DNA of 24,930 bases from a virus (lineage: Duplodnaviria > Caudoviricetes), in the IMG/VR virus record IMGVR_UViG_3300017747_004829, positions 1 through 24,930 of that record. One strand, given 5' to 3'. A model generated the notes under the pieces. It saw nothing but the letters and a program-made list of their open reading frames with translations. It was not told the origin of the DNA and searched no databases. Made by a program: the position numbers and the translations under genes. Positions 15,664-23,543 of this stretch are shown here, in pieces (the first letter of the stretch is position 1; each line of letters opens with the position of its first letter).

Positions 15664-17024
15664 TGAAAAAAACACTACAAGATCAATATTTGTTAATCAA
15701 AGAAGGTAAAGGACACAAAGGTGTTTTCTTAACTGAAGCAAAACGTCAATTTCCTGATATCGTTCGTAACGCAGCATCGTTTGATGAAGCTGTAGCATCA
15801 TTACAAACTAAAAAAATCATTACAGAAAATGTAATTGGTTTGACTTCTGTTAATTCTATATTTGAACCAAAGAAAAAAGAATCATATGAATTAGCATATG
15901 AGGCATTTTTGGCTGAAGCTAAGAAAAAGAAAGAAAACGAAGACGAGAAAGTAAAAGCTGAAGAAAAGAAACCATCTAAAAAGGTTGAAGAAGATTATTC
16001 ACACAATTACGATCAAAAAGACACTAAAGACATAGACAATTTGATCTTCGATCAGGTAATGACTGGATATTATGCTGAATTAAAAGATCCTAAGAATGCA
16101 GATAAAACAATGCAGGAATTAAAGGATATCGTAATGAAAAATTTAGCTAAAGATTCTATTTTCTATACAAAAGATGGTCAATTTGGAGTTAAAGATTTAG
16201 GATACACTACAGAGGCTCCGGGTTTAGGTACTCCAAAAGAGGCTAAAGGAAAATATAAAGCATCTGGATATGGTGATTTAAAAGAATCAATTCAACCTAT
16301 GAACGAACAAGAAAATAAATTACGTAAAGTAATTCGTGAGATGATTGCTGAAGAATTAGCAACATCATCTAAAACATCATTAAAAGAGGGTGTTGAGAAA
16401 GAATTAGCTGCTATCAACAAAGAAGCAGAACATGAAATTATCGCTTCTAAATTAGAAAAAGTACAAGCTCTAATTGATAAAAAACAATCTCAACTTACTA
16501 AACTTGATGAGGATGAGGATATGAAAGACCTTACTGACAAGAAAAAAGTAAAAGAAATTGAAAAAGATATCAAAGCTCTAGAAAAAGCAAAAGCTAAATT
16601 AGAGAAAATGATGGGTAAAAAAGGTGGTAAAGCTAAAAAAGAAGTAATCGATGAAATAGACGATGAAACTGAATATGAAAGAGAAGAAATGGCTGATGAA
16701 TATGTTAAAGATGCTGATAAACGTCAAGACGCAGGACAAAAAATAAGTTCTATTCTATCAAATTATCCAAACTTATCCCTTAATAATAAACAAAAATTAA
16801 AGGGTGAACTAGAAAATAGATCAGAAAATTACGATCTAGCGGTTCGTGGTGTTACCCCTAAATTAGATGATTTAGACGGAAATGGTCTAGATCAAAACGA
16901 TATTGAATCTATTATAGATGCTTATAATGCTGAATCAAAACCATGGATGAAACTTGAGAAAGATGAATTAGAAATGTTGAAACTTGATTTAATTGGTAAA
17001 TATTTACCTATAGATAATGAATAA
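15663..17024 (+). CDS. Large charged putative prohead core / internal head protein
   Basis: Glu/Lys-rich coiled coils; internal LRKVIREMIAEEL; many [LI]xE sites; adjacent to the protease. Confidence 0.72.
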   Translation: MKKTLQDQYLLIKEGKGHKGVFLTEAKRQFPDIVRNAASFDEAVASLQTKKIITENVIGLTSVNSIFEPKKKESYELAYEAFLAEAKKKKENEDEKVKAEEKKPSKKVEEDYSHNYDQKDTKDIDNLIFDQVMTGYYAELKDPKNADKTMQELKDIVMKNLAKDSIFYTKDGQFGVKDLGYTTEAPGLGTPKEAKGKYKASGYGDLKESIQPMNEQENKLRKVIREMIAEELATSSKTSLKEGVEKELAAINKEAEHEIIASKLEKVQALIDKKQSQLTKLDEDEDMKDLTDKKKVKEIEKDIKALEKAKAKLEKMMGKKGGKAKKEVIDEIDDETEYEREEMADEYVKDADKRQDAGQKISSILSNYPNLSLNNKQKLKGELENRSENYDLAVRGVTPKLDDLDGNGLDQNDIESIIDAYNAESKPWMKLEKDELEMLKLDLIGKYLPIDNE

Positions 17025-17649
17025 GCAACTATTAATAGAAACTAGACACTTCAGTCCTAAACCACTTTCATTATTGGAAGGAATGAAAAACAACGGAAAT
17101 GTTTTCGTTGAAGGGATATTGGCTACTGTTGAAGTTAAAAATGGTAATGGTCGCTACTATCCTAGAGAATTATGGGAACGTGAAATCGACAATTTTGCAC
17201 GTAAAATCCAACAGAGATCAACTGAAACATGTGGTGAATTGGATCATCCTGACTCGCAAGTAATCAACCTTAAAAACGCATCTCACGCGATACGTGAATT
17301 GTATTGGAAAGGTGATGAAATATGGGGTAAAGTAGAAATTTTCTCTGATATGGGTGATTTAGGTACCTCATCTGGTCGTATAGCGGGTGCATTAGTAAAA
17401 AATGGCTTGCTAATCGGAATTTCATCTCGTGGGATGGGATCATTAAAACAAGTTGGTGAAATAATGGAGGTACAAGATGACTTCGAATTATTAACTTGGG
17501 ACTTAGTTTCAAACCCATCTAACCCAGATTCATGGATGAAAAACGGTGCGTTAAACGAATCTCGTTCAACATTCTTAGACCCATATGCTAAAACAAACTC
17601 ATTAATTACTGAAATATTGTGTGCTAAAGGTACATGTCCAATATTTTAA
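17017..17649 (+). CDS. gp21: Prohead protease (T4 gp21-like)
   Basis: KNGNGRYYP, GELDHP (catalytic His), GISSRGMGS (catalytic Ser), FELLTWDLVSNPS. Confidence 0.95.
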   Translation: MNKQLLIETRHFSPKPLSLLEGMKNNGNVFVEGILATVEVKNGNGRYYPRELWEREIDNFARKIQQRSTETCGELDHPDSQVINLKNASHAIRELYWKGDEIWGKVEIFSDMGDLGTSSGRIAGALVKNGLLIGISSRGMGSLKQVGEIMEVQDDFELLTWDLVSNPSNPDSWMKNGALNESRSTFLDPYAKTNSLITEILCAKGTCPIF

Positions 17650-17673
17650 TATAACAAACCACCATATATAATT

Positions 17674-17698
17674 GGCTCTCTTTTGAGAGCCTTTTTTT
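17674..17698 (+). terminator. Rho-independent terminator
   Basis: GGCTCTC-TTTT-GAGAGCC followed by T7. Confidence 0.9.
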
Positions 17699-17726
17699 GT
17701 CTCCTCGACTTTGACTATTTGTATAC

Positions 17727-17840
17727 ATACATATAACACGAATATACCACTCCCTCAATCTATTATGTGGTATCAATTAAATGAATTCTATTACGTTTTA
17801 TAATAAACGTACTTTCCCAACAAAATTAAATTTAGGAAAA
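17727..17840 (+). promoter_or_regulatory. Variant promoter (ATACATATAAC) plus structured 5' leader of the scaffold/MCP genes
   Basis: Three inverted repeats: ATACCAC/GTGGTAT, TACGTTT/AAACGTA, TTTCCcAA/TTaGGAAA. Confidence 0.5.
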
Positions 17841-18902
17841 ATGGCAACAAACAGAGAAATGCTTAAAGAAGCAATCGCTGACGCTAAAGCTGTTAAAGAA
17901 ACTGCAATAGCAAATGCAAAAGCTGCTCTAGAAGAAGCCTTCACACCTCAATTAACATCAATGCTATCAATGAAGCTACAAGAAATGGAAGAAGAAGATC
18001 TTAAAGAAGAAGGATTCGGAAAAGGAAGAGCAGAAGGAGACGTTGGATTCAGTACAATGGGCGAAAAAGCTCTTGACGAAACTGAAGATAACGATGAAGA
18101 TGGTACGATGGAAATTGATTTGGAAGAACTTTTAGCAGAGCTAAATGAAGAGGAAGATGTGGAAGAATCTTTAAACGAAGCTGAAGAAGAGGAAGAAGAA
18201 GATATGGAAATGTCTGATGAAGAATCTGAAGAAGGTGAAGAAGAAGGTGAACCAATCGAACTTGAAGACATGACTGATGAAGATCTAAAATCAATGATTG
18301 AAGACGTTATCAAAGACATGATCGAAACAGGTGAACTTGAAGCTGGACATGAAGGAATGGAAGGTGAAGAAGGAGCTGAAGATGAAACCGAAGAAGAAAT
18401 TTCTGACGAAGAAATTGATTTAGCAGAATTACTTAGAGAAATCGAAGAAATTGAAGAAGCTGAAGAAATTGAAGAAATTGAATCTATCGATGAAGCTAAA
18501 AAGAAAAAAGAGAAAGAAGACAAGAAAGAAGACGAAGACAAGAAAAAAATGAAAAAAGAACTTGACGAGGCTTATTCTGCAATCGAAACTCTTAAAGATG
18601 AATTGAATGAAATCAATTTATTAAACGCAAAATTACTTTACACAAACAAAATATTCAAAGCTAAAAACTTGAATGAAAGTCAAAAAGTAAAAGTATTAAG
18701 TTCTTTTGATAAAGCTAAAAACGTAGGTGAAGTGAAAATGGTATTTGAAACATTAAACGAGGGTATTAAAGTTTCTAAAAATACAATTAAAGAACACTTA
18801 GGTAGCGCATCAAAAACAACTAACACACCAAGCGTTAAAAAACCAATCGTTGAGTCAAACGATGCATTTTTAAGAATGCAAAAATTGGCTGGAATTATTT
18901 AA
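17841..18902 (+). CDS. Prohead scaffolding/core protein (T4 gp22-like)
   Basis: Very acidic coiled-coil protein between protease and MCP with many LxE sites and C-terminal RMQKLAGI. ATG 17841 is preferred over 17781. Confidence 0.85.
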   Translation: MATNREMLKEAIADAKAVKETAIANAKAALEEAFTPQLTSMLSMKLQEMEEEDLKEEGFGKGRAEGDVGFSTMGEKALDETEDNDEDGTMEIDLEELLAELNEEEDVEESLNEAEEEEEEDMEMSDEESEEGEEEGEPIELEDMTDEDLKSMIEDVIKDMIETGELEAGHEGMEGEEGAEDETEEEISDEEIDLAELLREIEEIEEAEEIEEIESIDEAKKKKEKEDKKEDEDKKKMKKELDEAYSAIETLKDELNEINLLNAKLLYTNKIFKAKNLNESQKVKVLSSFDKAKNVGEVKMVFETLNEGIKVSKNTIKEHLGSASKTTNTPSVKKPIVESNDAFLRMQKLAGII

Positions 18903-18926
18903 TTTTTAATTTAAAAACAAAAAACA

Positions 18927-20615
18927 ATGTCAAATAGTATTAATTCATTACTAGAAAGCGCTGCAGGAAGTTACAAAAACCTACAGAGCGATGCCGTAAG
19001 AATGGCGTCAAAATGGTCTAAAACAGGACTATTAGAAGGATTAGGAAGCGAAGTTGAAAAAAACAACATGGCTATGATCCTTGAAAACCAAGCTAAACAA
19101 TTGGTTACTGAAACAAATACAACACAAACTGGAGGTTCAACTTTTACAGCAACACAAGGTGAAACTTGGGCTGGAGTTGCTTTACCATTGGTACGTAAAG
19201 TATTTGGTTCTTTATCAACTAAAGAATTCATGTCAGTTCAACCAATGAACTTACCTTCAGGTCTAGTTTTCTTCTTAGATTTCCAATACGGACAAGGTAA
19301 AAATGCTCCTTTCAGTAATTTCGGTCCTGCAGGAGATGTATATGGTGCTACTTCATCTATGTACGGTAACACAAACCCAGCAAATGGTGCTGATCCAAAT
19401 GGTGGTTTATATGGTGCTGGTCGTTTTGCTTACTCAATCAACCAATTCTCTGCATCTATTACTAACGTAACTGTTGCTTCAGGTAGCTGGTCAGATTTTA
19501 ATTATGCTGCAGAATATTCAGCTTCAGCTGTTACTGGTTATACTAAAGTTAATGTTCCATTAACAACAGTTTCTAACTATGACGCTAAAGGTGTTCGTGC
19601 ATTTGTTATTGCTTCAGGTTCAGATTTACTTCCTGCTACAAATGCATTATTATTACCTCAATTTACTACAGTTGCTAATAATACAGCATCATTTATCTTT
19701 ACTGGAGCTGTAGGTGCTGCAAATGTTCCTGCTGCAGGTGCTAACAGATTATTCTACAACATCCAACCAGTTGATAACAACCGTGGTGATTTTGAAGATA
19801 AATCATCTTCAGGATTTGGTGGTTATGCAAATGCTGAATCAACTTCCGCTGATGCATTAGCTATTCCTCAAATTGATATCAAAATGAAATCAGAGGCTAT
19901 CGTTGCTAAAACTCGTAAGTTGAAAGCACAATGGACTCCTGAGTTCGCTCAAGATTTGAACGCTTACCAATCATTGGATGCTGAAGCAGAATTAACATCT
20001 ATTATGTCTGAATATATCGCATTAGAGATCGATTTAGAAAACTTAGATATGTTGATCCAAGATGCTTCTGCTGCAGATGAGTACTGGAATGCACAAAACA
20101 ACCAATCATTAAATTCAGGCAAAACTGGATATGATAACTTAGGTTTCTACAACACACAAGGACAATGGTTCCAAACTTTAGGAACTAAAATGCAAAAAGT
20201 TAGTAACAAAATTCACCAAAAAACATTACGTGGTGGTGCTAACTTCTTAGTATGTTCTCCAGCTGTAGGAACGATTTTAGAATCAATCCCAGGATTTGCT
20301 TCATCTTCTGATGGTGATGTTACTAAAGCGTCTTACGCATTTGGTATCCAAAAAGCAGGTCAAATGAACAGCCGTTACACAGTTTACAAAAACCCTTACA
20401 TGACTGAAAACGTTATCTTGATGGGTTATAGAGGAGCTCAATTCCTTGAAACTGGTGCTGTATTTGCTCCATACGTTCCATTAATCATGACTCCATTAGT
20501 TTACGATCCAGAAACATTTACACCACGTAAAGGTTTATTGACTCGTTACGCTAAGAAAATGATCCGTCCTGAATTCTATGGTCGTATCTTTGTTAGCAAT
20601 TTAGCTACTGTCTAA
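18927..20615 (+). CDS. gp23: Major capsid protein (T4 gp23-like)
   Basis: KWSKTGLLEGL, ILENQ, LPLVRKVF, VQPMNLPSGLVFFLDF, AKTRKLKAQWTPEFAQDLNAY, FAPYVPL, FTPRKGLLTRYA. Confidence 0.97.
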   Translation: MSNSINSLLESAAGSYKNLQSDAVRMASKWSKTGLLEGLGSEVEKNNMAMILENQAKQLVTETNTTQTGGSTFTATQGETWAGVALPLVRKVFGSLSTKEFMSVQPMNLPSGLVFFLDFQYGQGKNAPFSNFGPAGDVYGATSSMYGNTNPANGADPNGGLYGAGRFAYSINQFSASITNVTVASGSWSDFNYAAEYSASAVTGYTKVNVPLTTVSNYDAKGVRAFVIASGSDLLPATNALLLPQFTTVANNTASFIFTGAVGAANVPAAGANRLFYNIQPVDNNRGDFEDKSSSGFGGYANAESTSADALAIPQIDIKMKSEAIVAKTRKLKAQWTPEFAQDLNAYQSLDAEAELTSIMSEYIALEIDLENLDMLIQDASAADEYWNAQNNQSLNSGKTGYDNLGFYNTQGQWFQTLGTKMQKVSNKIHQKTLRGGANFLVCSPAVGTILESIPGFASSSDGDVTKASYAFGIQKAGQMNSRYTVYKNPYMTENVILMGYRGAQFLETGAVFAPYVPLIMTPLVYDPETFTPRKGLLTRYAKKMIRPEFYGRIFVSNLATV

Positions 20616-20640
20616 TATTAGATAAAAACCTAATATGAAG

Positions 20641-20665
20641 AGCCGGACGAAAGTCCGGCTTTTTT
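20641..20665 (+). terminator. Rho-independent terminator after MCP
   Basis: AGCCGGAC-GAAA-GTCCGGCT (GNRA loop) followed by a T-run. Confidence 0.93.
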
Positions 20666-20675
20666 AGTCTTTTTA

Positions 20676-20685
20676 TAATATTTAT
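20676..20685 (+). promoter_or_regulatory. Putative late promoter motif TAATATTTAT
   Basis: Immediately after the MCP terminator and upstream of phoH. Confidence 0.65.
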
Positions 20686-20701
20686 TAGTAAATATAGTTA
20701 T

Positions 20702-21400
20702 ATGACAGATTTTAATAGAACGCCGCAGGCGCAAGAAGTTTTTAAAGCGAAAAGAAAACCAAAAGGACCAATTAAGTTTTCTATCCAATTAAATGAAGAA
20801 CAAAAACGAGCAAAAGAACAAATCCTACACAACACTGTTACAGTATTAAAAGGTAAAGCGGGTTCGGGTAAATCGTTATTAGCAGCTAATATAGCCCTAG
20901 ATTTATTATTCAATAAAGAAATCGAAAAAATTATTATCTCCAGACCTACTGTAGTAGCAGGACAAGATATAGGTTTCTTACCAGGTGATGTTAACGAAAA
21001 ATTAGCTCCATTTACAGCTCCAGTATATGAGAATATGCACCGTTTATACAATAAAGAAAAAATTGAAAAATGTATAGCAGAAGGTGAAATAGAAATTGTA
21101 CCTGTATCGTTTATGCGAGGTAGAAACTTTACTAATTGTTTAGTTGTAATTGATGAGGCACAAAATTTAACTGATACACAAACCGAATTACTTTTAACTC
21201 GTATTTGTCATGGTTCCAAAATGATATTTTGTGGTGATGCTGCTCAAATTGACTTAAAAGACCGTAAACAATCAGGATTTGATGTAGTATGTAAACATAT
21301 GAAAGAAGTACCTGGATTTGAGGTTATCACGTTAGAGAAAAACCATAGACACGAGATAGTTGAATATATTTTGGACGTATATAAAAATCTTAGATCGTAA
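20702..21400 (+). CDS. phoH: PhoH-family ATPase
   Basis: GKAGSGKS Walker A, IIISRP, IGFLPG, MRGRNF, IDEAQN, GDAAQID, NHRH. Confidence 0.95.
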   Translation: MTDFNRTPQAQEVFKAKRKPKGPIKFSIQLNEEQKRAKEQILHNTVTVLKGKAGSGKSLLAANIALDLLFNKEIEKIIISRPTVVAGQDIGFLPGDVNEKLAPFTAPVYENMHRLYNKEKIEKCIAEGEIEIVPVSFMRGRNFTNCLVVIDEAQNLTDTQTELLLTRICHGSKMIFCGDAAQIDLKDRKQSGFDVVCKHMKEVPGFEVITLEKNHRHEIVEYILDVYKNLRS

Positions 21401-21421
21401 TAGTAAAATTAAGGGTTTTGT

Positions 21422-21431
21422 TAATATTTAT
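21422..21431 (+). promoter_or_regulatory. Putative late promoter motif TAATATTTAT
   Basis: Exact 10-mer 14 nt upstream of ATG 21446. Confidence 0.65.
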
Positions 21432-21445
21432 AACAAAAACTCGGA

Positions 21446-21871
21446 ATGGCTAATCTATACATAAACGTTACTGAAGAGATTACTTTAACTAATAATGAAA
21501 GTCAAAAAGTAATTACACCAACAACAATTCCCAACATCAATTATGTTGATGTTCGAAGCATGAATTGTCCTACAGGATCGCAAATTTCAATTTTTTCTCT
21601 AGGTGCAACACCAGGTGCTGGTACTTTTGTAACTAGCAGTTTACAATACGCTAGAATAACCAATTTATCAACATCATCAGTAAAATTATCAATAGAATCT
21701 CCTACAACAGAAACAAGTTTTCTAGTATCCGGAGGTAATTCATTTTATATATCTACTAGTAAAATAACAGGTAGTATAGATAATAATTTTACTTTAGAGG
21801 ATATCCAACATGTTTATGTACAATCCTCTGGTTCAGCAGCATCTATTGAATATTTTATCGCTACAAACTAA
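21446..21871 (+). CDS. Putative virion structural protein (beta-rich, Ser/Thr-rich)
   Basis: Composition, YARITNL motif, and position between MCP and neck genes. Confidence 0.65.
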   Translation: MANLYINVTEEITLTNNESQKVITPTTIPNINYVDVRSMNCPTGSQISIFSLGATPGAGTFVTSSLQYARITNLSTSSVKLSIESPTTETSFLVSGGNSFYISTSKITGSIDNNFTLEDIQHVYVQSSGSAASIEYFIATN

Positions 21872-21878
21872 TTAAATT

Positions 21879-23030
21879 ATGAATATCCCAATTTGGCCAG
21901 GCTCAAGCTCATTTCAACCCGGAGAAACTCCTTTTGGTTTTTATGACTATGATCCACAATTTCAAGTAGATGCTGATAAATTTGCTAAATTTGCTTCACA
22001 ACGTTTAGGATATCCTTTAGTTGAGGTTGAATTGCAAGATATTAACTTTTACACTGCATTAGAAGAGGCTGTTACAACATATGGAAATGAATTATATGCT
22101 TATCAAGTAGCAGAAAATTTATTATCATTTCAAGGAGCTTCTACAAATATAGCACCGGGAAATAATGAATTAGTACAAGAAAATTTAGCTGCAATAGTTC
22201 GCCTTTCTAATCAATATGGTGAGGAAGCAGGTGTTGGAGGTACTATTACATACCATACAGGATCTATTAAATTAACCCCCGGAGTACAAAATTACGATTT
22301 AAAATCTTGGGCAACTTCCCAAGGTATTCAAGGTGGGATTGAAATGAAACGTGTATTTTATGAAGCACCACCCGCTATCACTCGTTACTTTGACCCATAT
22401 GCGGGTACAGGTACAGGTATGATGCAAATGATGGATTCATTTGGTTGGGGATCATATTCACCTGCTATTAATTTCATGTTAATGCCTATCAGTTATGATA
22501 TGCAAAAAATTCAAGCAATTGAATTTAACGATCAAATTAGAAAATCCCAATATACATTTGAATTAGTTAATAATGTATTAAGAATATTTCCAATACCTAA
22601 TGGGGGAGGAATTCATGAATTGCATTTTGAATATATTTTACTTTCTGATCGTAATCAACCATACGTGGATAGAAACGGTCAAAATATTATTACCAATGCC
22701 TCTAACGTACCATATAATAATCCAACATATAACACGATAAACTCGATTGGTCGTCAATGGATATTTGAATATGGATTAGGTATTGTTAAAGAAATTTTAG
22801 GATATGTTAGAGGAAAATACTCAACTATCCCAATCCCAGGAGCTGAAGTAACATTAAACCAAAATGATTTAATTGCAGCAGCAACAAATGAAAAATCAGC
22901 ATTAATTGAGCGTTTAAGATCATATTTTGATACAACTTCCCGCAAAACATTACTTGCTAATAAAGCAGAAGAAGCACAAAGTCAAATGAGCATTTTAGGA
23001 GATGTTCCAATGACAATTTTTATAGGATAA
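21879..23030 (+). CDS. Neck / head-tail adaptor protein (T4 gp13-like)
   Basis: RLGYPLVEVEL...ALEEA, LRIFP, WIFEY...KEILG..RGKY..IPIPG..VTLN, C-terminal PMTIFIG. Confidence 0.8.
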   Translation: MNIPIWPGSSSFQPGETPFGFYDYDPQFQVDADKFAKFASQRLGYPLVEVELQDINFYTALEEAVTTYGNELYAYQVAENLLSFQGASTNIAPGNNELVQENLAAIVRLSNQYGEEAGVGGTITYHTGSIKLTPGVQNYDLKSWATSQGIQGGIEMKRVFYEAPPAITRYFDPYAGTGTGMMQMMDSFGWGSYSPAINFMLMPISYDMQKIQAIEFNDQIRKSQYTFELVNNVLRIFPIPNGGGIHELHFEYILLSDRNQPYVDRNGQNIITNASNVPYNNPTYNTINSIGRQWIFEYGLGIVKEILGYVRGKYSTIPIPGAEVTLNQNDLIAAATNEKSALIERLRSYFDTTSRKTLLANKAEEAQSQMSILGDVPMTIFIG

Positions 23031-23031
23031 C

Positions 23032-23541
23032 ATGGCATTATTTGGTACACAACGTGACGTTTCATTATTAAGAAGTCTCAACCGAGAGTTGATATGGGAT
23101 GTTATTTCTCAAGAATGTGCTTATTACCAATTTAATTATGGTGATACTAAAGTAAACATGTATGGTGAAGCATCCGGGGCCAAATATTATAGAGATCCTG
23201 TTCTTTTAAACATGATTGTTGAAAGAGGTGATGAATCTAGTCCGGTTGATGATTTTGGTGTAAGCTATGAACGTCCAATGGTATTTAGATTCCTTAGAGA
23301 TGATTTAGTTGATGCTAATTTAGTTCCTCAAGTTGGAGATATCATAATGTGGTATGAAGGATACTGGGAAATAGATAATGTAAATGATAACCAATTATTT
23401 GTAGGTAAAGACCCTGATTATCCATATAATGAAAATCCATTAAATCCTGGGTTGGAGAATTTTGGTACTAATCTATCATTAATTTGTTTAGCCCATTATG
23501 TTCCTGCAGATAAAGTACAAATTACAAGAGAAAGATTATAA
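23032..23541 (+). CDS. Head closure / neck protein (T4 gp14-like)
   Basis: NRELI, MYGE, DDFG, PQVGDIIMW...WEI pattern; follows the gp13-like gene. Confidence 0.7.
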   Translation: MALFGTQRDVSLLRSLNRELIWDVISQECAYYQFNYGDTKVNMYGEASGAKYYRDPVLLNMIVERGDESSPVDDFGVSYERPMVFRFLRDDLVDANLVPQVGDIIMWYEGYWEIDNVNDNQLFVGKDPDYPYNENPLNPGLENFGTNLSLICLAHYVPADKVQITRERL

Positions 23542-23543
23542 GT

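Noticed and set aside
17781-17840. Longer start for the scaffold given in the ORF track
   Set aside because: The extension overlaps hairpins and does not resemble the rest of the protein; ATG 17841 has the A-rich context of other genes.
17948-18541. 197-aa Ser-rich minus-strand ORF, and similar ones at 2239-2598, 9594-10019, 20698-21051 and 24338-24664
   Set aside because: Antisense shadows of GAA/GAT-rich or otherwise well-supported + strand genes, with no independent coding signal.
10710-20615. Introns or inteins in terL, portal or MCP
   Set aside because: ORFs are continuous and of plausible size, with no intein C...HN-[CST] or homing-endonuclease motifs seen.
20611-20622. Palindrome TCTAATATTAGA over the MCP stop codon
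   Set aside because: AT-rich 12-mer, single occurrence and weak as a hairpin; the real terminator follows at 20641.
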